A stretch of DNA of 60,103 nucleotides from positions 1-60,103 of the forward strand of contig JBGAIN010000032.1 in NCBI GenBank assembly GCA_044225505.1. Direction: 5' to 3'. A program made the translations under genes and the position numbers. Below the pieces are notes generated by a model. It ran no database searches. It had not been told where the DNA came from and worked only from the letters and a program-made list of their open reading frames with translations. This document shows, in pieces, positions 19,705-29,102 of this stretch. The stretch comes from Limisphaerales bacterium (lineage in GTDB: Bacteria > Verrucomicrobiota > Verrucomicrobiia > Limisphaerales > SIBE01). Within the stretch, counting starts at the first letter, position 1. Each line of letters starts with the position of its first letter.

Positions 19705-21699
19705 ATGAATCGATTCGAAGAGGCGCGAGACGCAGAAAGTTCGCCCGTTCCTTCCGCACTCGAGAGTATTGGTATCGTGAATGCACCCGTCATCCCTGAT
19801 CATCGGATGATCGGGCTCATTGCTACTGGAGCCTACGGTGAAGTGTGGCTGGGGTGTAACGCCGTTGGCACGCCTCGCGCGATCAAGGTGGTGCGGCGAG
19901 ACCGGCATGCCTCCATCGAATCCTTCGAACGCGAGTTCAAGGGCCTGCAACAGTTCGAGCCGATTTCGCGTTCCCACGAGGGACTGGTCGACATTCTCAC
20001 GCTCGGGATGCTCCCGGACAGCGCCGGATTCTATTACGTGATGGAATTAGCAGATGACGCCGCGGCGCCGCCCGGACCAATGGCTTCTGCGCAGCCGACC
20101 CGTGTCAATGCTTGCTCCGGCATTTATCGGCCAAGGACGTTGAGCGCGGACTTTAAATGGCACGGTGCGTTCCCAGCCAGTGAAGTCCTGGCCCTGGGCC
20201 TCAAAATAGCCCGTGCCTTGGCACACCTGCACGGCCAAGGGTTGGTGCATCGCGACGTGAAACCTTCGAATATCCTGTTTATCGACGGCGAACCGAAGCT
20301 GGCCGACCCAGGTCTGGTCGCCCGAGTCGACGAAGCCAGATCGTTAGTCGGGACGGCGGGCTACATTGCTCCGGAAGGTCCAGGCACGCCCCAGGCCGAT
20401 CTCTATGCGCTCGGCAAGGTGCTTTACCAAGCTGCCTTCGGCAAAGACCGTCACGATTTCCCGGCGCTCCCAGGGGATGTGGCGTCGCGCTCAGACCACA
20501 AGCAACTGCTCGAACTCAACTCCGTCATCCTGCGAGCCTCCGCCACTGACCAGCGAGAACGCTATAAGTCCGCGGAGGAGATGCTGGCGGATCTGGCTTG
20601 GATCGAGACGGGCGGTTCTGTGCAGCGCCGGTTCCACTTGCAACGCAGGTTGCGCACGGCTGTAAAGCTGGGCACGGCTGGCGCGGCCCTGGCCATTGCC
20701 GCTATCGTTGCCTATTCGCTCGTAGGAGGACGAATGCAGCGGACACCATTCCATTGGTCGAAATGGGAGGAAGCCAACCGCGAGTACCTCGATGGCATCC
20801 GCGTTTACCATTCTGGGAACGATGCAGAATCGGCCATCAAACATTTCCAGGCGGCCATTAAGATCGACCCTCAGTTTGCCGAAGCGTACGCGCGCCTTGC
20901 GGGGGCATGGATCAACGCAGGCGGCTCAGATGCCATCCCTCGTGCACGGAAAGCTGCTGAAAAGGCCTTGTCGCTGAAAGAAAATTTAGCGGCTGCGCAC
21001 TCGACCCTTGCGACGGTCCGGTTGGGTGAATTGGATTGGGCCGCGGCAGACCGGGAAAGAGCCAGGGCAGTGGATCTAGACCCCAATTCTGAGGAAGTCC
21101 TGCTGGAGTCGGCCCTTAACCTCGCCGTGATGGGCCGCCCAAACGAAGCCTTGGATGAATTGGCCAGGGCTCAACATTGCAACGGCGACGCCGGTTCTCA
21201 ATCCCGCTTTCTTCTTTACGGGTTTGCCTACGCCTGGTGCCGCCAATTCGACCGCGCCATCGAGATTTACGAACAGTTCCCCCATGGCGGCTCGTGGATG
21301 CATGAGCAGGCCGGTCAGGCGTTCCGGGCCAAAGGTGACTACACGAACGCTGTGCGGATGGAAAAACTCGCGGCGATCGAACGCGGAGAAGATCCCGTCC
21401 GCGTTGAGGCCGACGTCGCCGCCTTGGAGCACGCCTTCAAATCAGGTGGAGCGCAGAAGTACTGGGAGCTTGAGCTCGCACTTGAGAAAGCCAAATCCGG
21501 CGAGGATCATCTCATGCGCCTCGCAGCCACTTACGCGCACCTGGGTCAGTTGGACGAGACCTTCGAATTCCTGCGTCGGGCCTTGCTCGAAACTCCGGCT
21601 AACTTCTCCATGGGCATTTGCACGAACCCAGCATTCGACCGACTTCGGCGGGATCCGCGCATGCACGAACTCATGGACAGGCTCTGGAGAAAGAGGTGA
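19705..21699 (+). CDS. Hanks-type Ser/Thr protein kinase with TM helix and C-terminal TPR domain
   Basis: IATGAYGEVW, AIKVV, HRDVKPSN, DPG at the DFG position, GTAGYIAPE, DLYALG; TPRs (AIKIDPQFAEAYARLA). Confidence 0.93.
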   Translation: MNRFEEARDAESSPVPSALESIGIVNAPVIPDHRMIGLIATGAYGEVWLGCNAVGTPRAIKVVRRDRHASIESFEREFKGLQQFEPISRSHEGLVDILTLGMLPDSAGFYYVMELADDAAAPPGPMASAQPTRVNACSGIYRPRTLSADFKWHGAFPASEVLALGLKIARALAHLHGQGLVHRDVKPSNILFIDGEPKLADPGLVARVDEARSLVGTAGYIAPEGPGTPQADLYALGKVLYQAAFGKDRHDFPALPGDVASRSDHKQLLELNSVILRASATDQRERYKSAEEMLADLAWIETGGSVQRRFHLQRRLRTAVKLGTAGAALAIAAIVAYSLVGGRMQRTPFHWSKWEEANREYLDGIRVYHSGNDAESAIKHFQAAIKIDPQFAEAYARLAGAWINAGGSDAIPRARKAAEKALSLKENLAAAHSTLATVRLGELDWAAADRERARAVDLDPNSEEVLLESALNLAVMGRPNEALDELARAQHCNGDAGSQSRFLLYGFAYAWCRQFDRAIEIYEQFPHGGSWMHEQAGQAFRAKGDYTNAVRMEKLAAIERGEDPVRVEADVAALEHAFKSGGAQKYWELELALEKAKSGEDHLMRLAATYAHLGQLDETFEFLRRALLETPANFSMGICTNPAFDRLRRDPRMHELMDRLWRKR

Positions 21700-21717
21700 G
21701 AGCGCGTCAGCGCCACC

Positions 21718-22090
21718 TTATCGGGGCCAGGTTTCAAGGTGCGGAAGGTTGTCATTGTTCCAGCGGCTGGCATGGGTCTCGTCCGGATCGACAATCTCAG
21801 TCTGTTTCCAAGGGTGTCTCTTGAATTCGTCAGGGTTACTAGACTCTACGTGGCCATCCGTTCTCGGGGGCGTCCTAGAACATGTCTGGTAGGTATCGTG
21901 TGTGGTCGTCAACATACGTTCTAAGGGCAATGCCGATCGGGTGTAGCCTATTCTTGCAGGCCGTGCTTCGGGCCGATGCTTTGGCGACGCTTAGCGTGCT
22001 GAGCCACAAGGCGGCAAGAATTCCGATGATCGCAACAACAACCAACAATTCTATTAAGGCAAAAGCCGACCTTTTAGAGTCTGAGGGCAT
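21718..22090 (-). pseudogene. Prepilin-type N-methylation / H-X9-DG protein with its middle deleted
   Basis: AFALIELLVVVAIIGILAAL..AKASARSTACKNRL N-terminus stops at 21875; another frame supplies the C-terminus DGHVES..RWNNDNLPHLETWPR*. Confidence 0.8.
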
Positions 22091-22137
22091 GGAAAATATT
22101 AGAGGTTTGGATGCGCGTGGGGCCAATTCCCGACATC

Positions 22138-24564
22138 TTAGGGTGCAAGCTCGACTCGGTAAAAGCGTTGCGGACTGGAGTTCGTATCAATTACGGTCGT
22201 GCTCGAATTCGTGGCTGTTAAAGGCTCGTTCAAGTTCGCCCAATTCGGCGCGGAGAGGTCGGTCGCGACCTGGACCTGGTAACGTTGCCCAGGAAACCCC
22301 GCCCAGGTCACGTGTGTCGTTTCATTCGCTCGCCCAAGCGAGGTTAATGATGGAGGGACCAAAAGCTGAATAATTCCGCCAGCGTCTAACGTTCCGCCGA
22401 TGGTGGTGGCGTAGATTCTGCCATCGGCGCCACGCAGCAGTTGGTCCGCCCGGCGGACCCGGGCGCCGCTAAACCCGTCAAACGGGAAAGAATAGAGTAG
22501 GGTGCTTTCTCCGAACGGACTTACTCGGAAAATGCCGGTCGTCCTGACACCCCAATAATCGAAGCCGTATGTGCCAATCAGGCCGTAAAGGAAGCCGTCG
22601 CCTCCTTGGATAAAGGGCCATCTTGTAAAGCCGAAGCCGGGCAGGGCGTAATGGGTCACTTTGCCCTCCGGCGTCAATTTGAACAGGCCACCCAAGGTCG
22701 TCCCATAGAGACTGCCATCGACGCCCTTCATCAAGTGGTTCGGCTCGTCTCCGTTCGTCTCGTCGAAGGAGACGAGCGTGGTCAGTTGTCCTGACGGCGA
22801 GAGCGCGAAGACCGTGCCCCTTCGTTGTGGTCCACCCCAACGCGTGGTCCCGAAGAGTGTTCCGTCAGCAGCCAGTACCAGAGGCCCTTGAGGGTTCACG
22901 AAGTTGGCGCCATCGAACTCAAACGCAGCTAGAACCGTAAGCGTTCCGGTTGGTGAGATTGAAAACACCGTCCCGTTGTTGTGAGCGCCTCCTCCTTGAG
23001 TAATGCCGAGGAGATTGCCCGTGCGATCCTCAATCAAGGGGCCGTTTGGATAGGCCCCATAATACTCATCATGGAGGGAGGCCAGGACGGCGGCGGCTCC
23101 AGAACGTGTTATTCTGATAATGGCGCCGATTCTACTCGCCCCACCCTCACGCGAGGTGCCGTAGAAGTCGCCACTGCTGTGTTCGACGAGAGTCTCGGGC
23201 AGCGAATTCGACAAGCTGTTCAGTGAAACGGCGTTGGTTAAAGTGCCGGAGTTGGTGATATCCACCCAGAACGCTCCTTTGCCAAGAGCGCCGTCATGAC
23301 GGATTCCATGAAAATTGCCTAATTGATCTGACAATAGTGGAAAGAGCGAGGGCAGTTCCTCTTCCCCCGCTCCGGAGAGATCACGGAGTTTTTGCACGTT
23401 ACCGTCGGCACGGATACTGAAAACCGTCCCATAGCCCCCGGCACCGCCGTCATACGTGGTCCCGTAGACTTGTCCGTCAAGACCTTGGGCCAGGCACGTC
23501 CCAGACCATCCAGAGCTATTGATCTCGGAGAAGTCCGCTAGCTGCGTTATTGCGCCGGAGGACGACAGTTTGAAGATAGTCCCGGTTCCGCGGCCACCAG
23601 CTCGGGTCGTGCCGTAAAAGCTTCCGTCGTTGGCCTTTAGGATAGCATCAGGCAACTTCCCTGTGGGAAATGAGAAGGACGCCAGCGGCTTTAGGGTCCC
23701 TTCGGCGCTCACCTTGAAGAATGTTCCCTGACTTGGTTCAAGAGGATCGGGTGGTGGCCCATACCAAACGGTTCCATAGAGAAAGCCATCGTCGCCTTGC
23801 GCTAAGGTTGCTCCATTGCTGCCCCAAAGGACGCCGTCAAACGAGGCCATGGATTGTATCATTCCAGAAGTGTCCAGTTTGAAAATCTCGCCACGGCCAT
23901 TCGCACCCGACCGGCTGGTGGTGCCGTAGATATTACCGTCTTGGCCCGACACAAAGGCCAAAACTTGATTACCCTCGATGACGTCAAGCGAAGTGAGAGT
24001 CGTAAGGCTTCCCTGCGGTGTCATTTTAAAGATTGTTCTCCCAAGCCCGGAGACAGGACTGCCGGCGGTTGCGCCGTAGAAATTTCCATCCTTCCCTTCG
24101 AGAAGGAATTGGGGCGCCCAACCGTTCGTCCCGCTAAATGAAATCAGCGTCACCAATGTGCCTGATAGACTGAGGCTGAAGATCGTCCCGCCTTCCTCGC
24201 GCGAATTCCCGAAAGCGCCGCCTCCCCGCGTCGTCCCATAAAGATTCCCGTCCCGAGCTCGAATGAGGGCGTTCGGCTCCACGCCGTTCGTCATGCCGAA
24301 CGCAAACAGCGTGGTGAGCACGCCGGTTGGAGTCAGCCTGTAAATGGTTCCGTATCGGGCCGCCGTCGTTCCGTAGAGATTTCCATCTTGACCCTGCACC
24401 AGTGGCCCCGGATGCGCGTTTTGTGGCAAAGGGAAGGAAAAGACCTGTTGGAAAGGTCCGCTGTTTTGGGCACCGGCTTCGAGTTGGATGAATAGAGCGA
24501 TCAGCAACACGACCAAGGGCGGTCGCAGCGTCCTGGATAGATTCAAGGTCGAAGCTTTGTTCAT
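22138..24564 (-). CDS. Secreted Gloeo_Verruco (GloVer, choice-of-anchor) tandem-repeat protein with C-terminal FYR module
   Basis: Signal peptide; more than ten repeats of DG(N)LYGTT..GG...GT(IV)F.(LI)...G.(LT)T.L..F; ends PQRFYRVELAP. Confidence 0.9.
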   Translation of the reverse strand: MNKASTLNLSRTLRPPLVVLLIALFIQLEAGAQNSGPFQQVFSFPLPQNAHPGPLVQGQDGNLYGTTAARYGTIYRLTPTGVLTTLFAFGMTNGVEPNALIRARDGNLYGTTRGGGAFGNSREEGGTIFSLSLSGTLVTLISFSGTNGWAPQFLLEGKDGNFYGATAGSPVSGLGRTIFKMTPQGSLTTLTSLDVIEGNQVLAFVSGQDGNIYGTTSRSGANGRGEIFKLDTSGMIQSMASFDGVLWGSNGATLAQGDDGFLYGTVWYGPPPDPLEPSQGTFFKVSAEGTLKPLASFSFPTGKLPDAILKANDGSFYGTTRAGGRGTGTIFKLSSSGAITQLADFSEINSSGWSGTCLAQGLDGQVYGTTYDGGAGGYGTVFSIRADGNVQKLRDLSGAGEEELPSLFPLLSDQLGNFHGIRHDGALGKGAFWVDITNSGTLTNAVSLNSLSNSLPETLVEHSSGDFYGTSREGGASRIGAIIRITRSGAAAVLASLHDEYYGAYPNGPLIEDRTGNLLGITQGGGAHNNGTVFSISPTGTLTVLAAFEFDGANFVNPQGPLVLAADGTLFGTTRWGGPQRRGTVFALSPSGQLTTLVSFDETNGDEPNHLMKGVDGSLYGTTLGGLFKLTPEGKVTHYALPGFGFTRWPFIQGGDGFLYGLIGTYGFDYWGVRTTGIFRVSPFGESTLLYSFPFDGFSGARVRRADQLLRGADGRIYATTIGGTLDAGGIIQLLVPPSLTSLGRANETTHVTWAGFPGQRYQVQVATDLSAPNWANLNEPLTATNSSTTVIDTNSSPQRFYRVELAP

Positions 24565-24571
24565 AGTGGCT

Positions 24572-25878
24572 TTATCGCTTTTGGAAGTTGAAGAGAGCCG
24601 GGTACGATATGATGGGATTATCCAGCAGATGATCGTCCTGGCCCCTGAGGTACTTCTTGAAAAAGGAGAGCATACACGCTCGGATGGCTGCCGTCCCGCG
24701 GCGCGCCGCTTCCGGGGAAAACGGCAGTTCGGTCAAATCTTTGAACTCGAAGTGGCTGGGGAGATGAGCCTGGCACAGGTAAGCGTCGGAACTAGCCTTG
24801 GCGAACAGAGAGCGTTCAACGCTGTCTTCCCGGTAAATTGCCAATAGCGGGCCATTGAGACCGGACTGCACCACACTGTTTGCCCCCTGTAGATACCCCT
24901 CGAGCATGACAACCCCTTTGAACCGAGGGTCGGCTTGCGCCAGTTCCACAAGATCACTACACCCCAGCGACCAACCCAAGGCTCCGAGGCGGCTCAAATC
25001 GAGGGTTCCCGCAACCACGGGTTCGGTGAGGTTCAAACGCCCAAGTTCCGCCAGGACAAATCGATCGTCCGACAATCGGTCCTCCACCGCGCTCGCTAAC
25101 TCAGCGTCAGAAGCGGAGGGGGAAAATGTCCCGGGAATTGCTGAGCCATCCGTAAAAACAGTTAGTCGGCAGTCCACGTGATCCATGGCTACGGCGACAA
25201 AACCGTGGCTAGCCGGTTACTGTCGTCTCCCGGGGAATAGGGAACCGCCGACGAGAGCGGAGGGGCGAGCGCTGACGAAATGTAGGGTTCAGGCAGAGCC
25301 CCGGCACTGGGCTCCGCTGGGTACCAGACCGTGATCATAAATGAACTATTGGTTGCCACCTGATAGCGATTGGTGCGCGACGGATCGGAGATCAGGCGTG
25401 TCATTCTCCCCACCCCGTAGGGTCCAGTTGGCTGGGCCAACGCTGTACAAAAGTGATTTGTCGGTGTCCGGTAAAACCGCGCCGAACCATCAGGATTGGT
25501 CTCATCAGAATAGATGATGGAATTTGTGGCACGGTTGGTCCTGACCAGAGTTTTCCAGGGCATCCATCCGAGAAGGTCGGTAGATGCCTCGATAACATAG
25601 AGATCGAAGTAGTTCTCGAAAAGAGATGGAGCGGTCCCGAGCAATTTCAGCTCGACCGCCCGGTTTGCGCCGGCCGCGACCGTCCCAAAGCGGTGAACGC
25701 TAGACTGGGCCGAACTCCGGTTGGCGTGAAGAACCGCCATGCTGAGCAACAAGCCCATGCCAGCCCTCCGGACCATCTGGCGCGCAGATTTCCAAATCAG
25801 GCCCCAGCCTCGCTTCGATATTCCCGGTTCGGCGGAACGTGATCGTCCGCACTGCTGAGTTCCGGCACTTGCATCCAT
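24572..25878 (-). pseudogene. PAF-acetylhydrolase-like secreted alpha/beta-hydrolase, split by an internal deletion/frameshift near 25210
   Basis: PTGPYGVG, FMITVWYPA in the first part; ASHGFVAVAMDH (other frame) and GWSLG nucleophile in the second part; the expected SHG oxyanion segment is absent. Confidence 0.8.
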
Positions 25879-25902
25879 ACGTGGAACTGAATCTGCCCTG
25901 GT

Positions 25903-25972
25903 AACGGCAGTTGGGGGGGCGTTTTAACAACTTTCTTGAAAATCGTGTTAAATTCTCGCTTTCTCGGGCGTT
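25903..25972. promoter_or_regulatory. Back-to-back putative ECF promoters (hydrolase operon on minus strand, sigma gene on plus strand)
   Basis: Minus strand TGTTAAAACG-N12-CCGTT (25929-25903); plus strand TGTTAAATTC-N12-GCGTT (25946-25972). Confidence 0.75.
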
Positions 25973-25990
25973 GACAGGTTGGAGCCTTGC

Positions 25991-26686
25991 ATGACAACCA
26001 ATGACGAATGTTCGATGGCCACACGGGTCAGCCTCCTGGAACGGCTCAAAGACTGGGGGCAGCAGACGGCGTGGCGAGAATTTGCCCACAACTACGGCCC
26101 GCTCATCCGAAACGTGGCCCGAAAAGCCGGACTGAATCACGCGGAGGCAGATGAAGTCGCGCAGGAGGTCATGATCGCCGTCGCGAGGAAAATTGGCGAA
26201 TTCAGGCATGCCGGGAACGCCGGCTCGTTTCGGGCGTGGCTTTACCAGCAAACACGGTGGCGTGTTGTCGACCAATTCCGGGCGAGGGAGCGCGAAACGA
26301 TAAGAAGCCAGGGAGCGGATCAAAGTTCGACCGAACGAGAACTCCCCACCCATCTGAACAATCCACCTTCGGAGGGCGCAAATTCCGATGTCCTTACCGA
26401 AGGCGGAAATGCCCCTCGACCGCAAGTGGATGCCGGCTTTCAGCAGCTATGGGACGGGGAGTGGACTAACCACGTTTATCGTGCGGCCCTCGCGCGGGTG
26501 AAGGGGCTGATCAGTGCCCGACAGTTTCAATTGTTCGACCTTTATGTGCTTCAAGGATTATCGGTGAACGAAGCTGCTCGCGCTGCTGGTGCGTCGCTTG
26601 CCGCTGTCTACATGGCCAAGAGCCGGGTGGGACGCCTCCTCAAGCATGAGATAAGAGCGGTCAGCACCATCGAACTTGATCGCTGA
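25991..26686 (+). CDS. ECF sigma-70 factor of the kinase-associated (PVC-type) kind
   Basis: TRVSLLERLKD..AWREF, ADEVAQEVMIAV, GSFRAWL, WDGEW, VYMAKSRV. Confidence 0.92.
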   Translation: MTTNDECSMATRVSLLERLKDWGQQTAWREFAHNYGPLIRNVARKAGLNHAEADEVAQEVMIAVARKIGEFRHAGNAGSFRAWLYQQTRWRVVDQFRARERETIRSQGADQSSTERELPTHLNNPPSEGANSDVLTEGGNAPRPQVDAGFQQLWDGEWTNHVYRAALARVKGLISARQFQLFDLYVLQGLSVNEAARAAGASLAAVYMAKSRVGRLLKHEIRAVSTIELDR

Positions 26687-27160
26687 CGCGGAGTTAATGC
26701 CGGGCCCATTCGGTGCGTGATCGTCATTGGCTAACCTTGAGACATTCGGCTGAGGGCGGTTCGATCCCAGTCCTGTCCGCTTGGAACCCTTAGGCCAATC
26801 AGCTAACCGTCATATCATCCCCAGCCTTGGGAACCTGGGGAGACGGAACACGAGGCAGGCCCGGTGACTTGCGCCATGGATCGGAGCGCAGGGGCAGATT
26901 TGCAAGTTCATGGTGGAGTCGATCACACGTTTCGGCCTGCCGCTTCCCTCATTGGCCTTACCCACCCTTCGTTAGCTTCGTTCCCTTTTGTTCCAGAGAG
27001 AGAGTACGACGGCACCTCCGTCAGCCCGATCTCACCGGGCTCGGGCACCCAGCGAAGACAAACACTCCTGTGAGATCCTGTCTTTCGCCTACTCGTAGGT
27101 GGCTGGTAAGAACCTTGCTCTTGCGTCGCCACGGTCGCATCGCTGAATTCGGCGGTCCCA

Positions 27161-27262
27161 TTGACCGGTGCCGCGGCGAACCAGACTTACACGATTGAAG
27201 TCTCGACTCAGGTCCCAGGCGGCGCGTGGGAGAAAGGAGCTGACGTCATTGCGCAACCTGGC
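27161..27262 (+). pseudogene. Remnant of an FYR-type C-terminal module
   Basis: LTGAAANQTYTIEVSTQVPGGAWEKGADVIAQP matches the Y-x-[IV]-E..W part of the module; no intact gene upstream. Confidence 0.45.
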
Positions 27263-27410
27263 TTCGAACCGGCTTTGAAGGGACGGCCTTGCCGCGCGCG
27301 GCTCGGACTGCCTGTATGGACCCGAAACCCAACGCGGCGATTGAGAGAAAAACCAGGATTGCACTCTACGGCCGGTTGGCGGATAAAGAGGGCGGAGGAT
27401 AAATAGCCCT

Positions 27411-28937
27411 ATGCTAGCCAAGGTCTGTTCCGCTGCTGTTAATGGTATTGAAGCGTACCCCGTTGAGGTGGAAGTCAACGCGGGTTGGGGCGAGACGGTC
27501 ATCGTGGTAGTGGGCCTGCCGGATACCGCCGTTAAGGAATCCAAGGATCGCGTCACCACAGCCCTGAGCAATTCCGGCTTTAAGTTCCCCATGGGCCGGA
27601 CGACCATCAATCTCGCCCCGGCCGATGTTCGCAAGGAAGGCCCGAGCTTTGACTTGCCCATTGCGGTGGGAATGCTGGCCGCCGGCGAACAGATGCAATC
27701 CGCAGATCTCGAGAAGTTTGTGCTCACCGGCGAGTTAGCATTGACGGGAGCCGTTCGTCCCGTAAAAGGAGTGCTCCCTATCGCCTTGCGCGCGCGCGCC
27801 GACGGTCGAACCGGCCTGATCGTGCCTGCGGAGAATGCTCCGGAAGCCGCGGTTGTTTCTGGTCTGCAGGTCATCCCGGTGCGCAATTTGCGGGAGGCCG
27901 TGGGTTTCCTGGAAGGTGAAGTGACTATTCCACCCGTGCGAATCGACGTGGCGCGTCTATTCCAGGATCGTTCGGATGACGAATCCGATTTCGCCGATGT
28001 GAAGGGGCAGGAATCGGTCAAACGCGCTCTGGAGATCGCCGCGGCTGGAGGCCACAACGCTCTGTTGATTGGCCCGCCTGGCACTGGGAAATCCATGCTC
28101 GCCAAGCGGCTGGCGACCATCCTTCCGCCGTTGACGCTGGAAGAAGCGCTCGAGACAACAAAGGTTCATAGCATTGTGGGGTTGCTCTCTCACGGTCAGG
28201 CCTTGGTGACACAACGCCCCTTCCGAGCACCGCACCATACCGTGAGTGACGCGGGGTTGCTCGGCGGTAATATTAATCCGACTCCCGGCGAGATCTCTGT
28301 CGCGCATCACGGAGTCTTGTTTCTGGATGAGTTGCCGGAGTTCAAGCGCAATGTGCTGGAGACATTGCGGCAACCGCTGGAAGAAGGGCGCGTGACCATT
28401 TCGCGTGCGGCGGGTTCGATGACGTTTCCTTCTCAGTTCATGTTGATCGCGGCGATGAACCCAACGCCAGACGGGAAGATGCCCGGCGAAAGCCAATGCT
28501 CACCCAAGCAAATCCAGAACTACCTGGGGCGGATTTCAGGTCCATTGCTGGACCGCATTGATCTGCACGTGGAAGTGCCTACGGTGAAGTTCCAGGATAT
28601 TGCGAGCATGCGGGCAGGGGAAACCTCAGCACAGATTCGCGAGCGCGTGATAGCAGCGCGTCGGCGTCAACAAACGCGCTATGCGCAACGTCCGCGTGTC
28701 ACCTGTAACGCGCGTATGGGCAGTCGTGAGCTCAAAGCCTTTTGTGCCTTGGACGAACAGACGATGGATCTCTTAAAGTTTGCGATGAACGACTTGCGGC
28801 TCAGCGCGCGGGCCTATGATCGCATTCTCAAGGTCGGACGGACGATTGCAGACCTGGCTGGCGCAGAACAAATCCGGGTCGAAGACATTTCCGAAGCGAT
28901 CCAATTCCGGACTCTTGATCGACAGTTGTGGGCTTAG
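27411..28937 (+). CDS. comM: YifB/ComM family Mg-chelatase-like AAA+ ATPase
   Basis: VVGLPDTAVKES, INLAPADVRKEGPSFDLPIA, GPPGTGKS, PFRAPHH, LFLDELPEF, SGPLLDRID. Confidence 0.97.
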   Translation: MLAKVCSAAVNGIEAYPVEVEVNAGWGETVIVVVGLPDTAVKESKDRVTTALSNSGFKFPMGRTTINLAPADVRKEGPSFDLPIAVGMLAAGEQMQSADLEKFVLTGELALTGAVRPVKGVLPIALRARADGRTGLIVPAENAPEAAVVSGLQVIPVRNLREAVGFLEGEVTIPPVRIDVARLFQDRSDDESDFADVKGQESVKRALEIAAAGGHNALLIGPPGTGKSMLAKRLATILPPLTLEEALETTKVHSIVGLLSHGQALVTQRPFRAPHHTVSDAGLLGGNINPTPGEISVAHHGVLFLDELPEFKRNVLETLRQPLEEGRVTISRAAGSMTFPSQFMLIAAMNPTPDGKMPGESQCSPKQIQNYLGRISGPLLDRIDLHVEVPTVKFQDIASMRAGETSAQIRERVIAARRRQQTRYAQRPRVTCNARMGSRELKAFCALDEQTMDLLKFAMNDLRLSARAYDRILKVGRTIADLAGAEQIRVEDISEAIQFRTLDRQLWA

Positions 28938-29102
28938 GCGTCAACCGTGCTCGGGGAAGTGGCAGAGCCGTTAGATTCTCGGCAATGATTTACCGGAGCA
29001 CGGGGGTGTTGGAGGCAGGCTATGCTGAATCCGAGTGAATTTTGATTGTGCCCGCCTGGTAAACTGTCTGACACAGGACGGCGTCTCTGCTAATTCTCAG
29101 GA

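Noticed and set aside
20302..20316. Pseudokinase call because DFG reads DPG
   Set aside because: The metal-binding Asp, catalytic HRDxKxxN, the Lys of AIK and APE are all intact; not enough to call it inactive
11094..27472. Active integrative element or prophage
   Set aside because: No integrase, transposase, relaxase or phage genes, and the flanking repeats are substantially diverged
28945..29003. Terminator or structured RNA after comM
   Set aside because: 8-bp inverted repeat (CCGTGCTC/GAGCACGG) with a long loop and no U-tract; insufficient support
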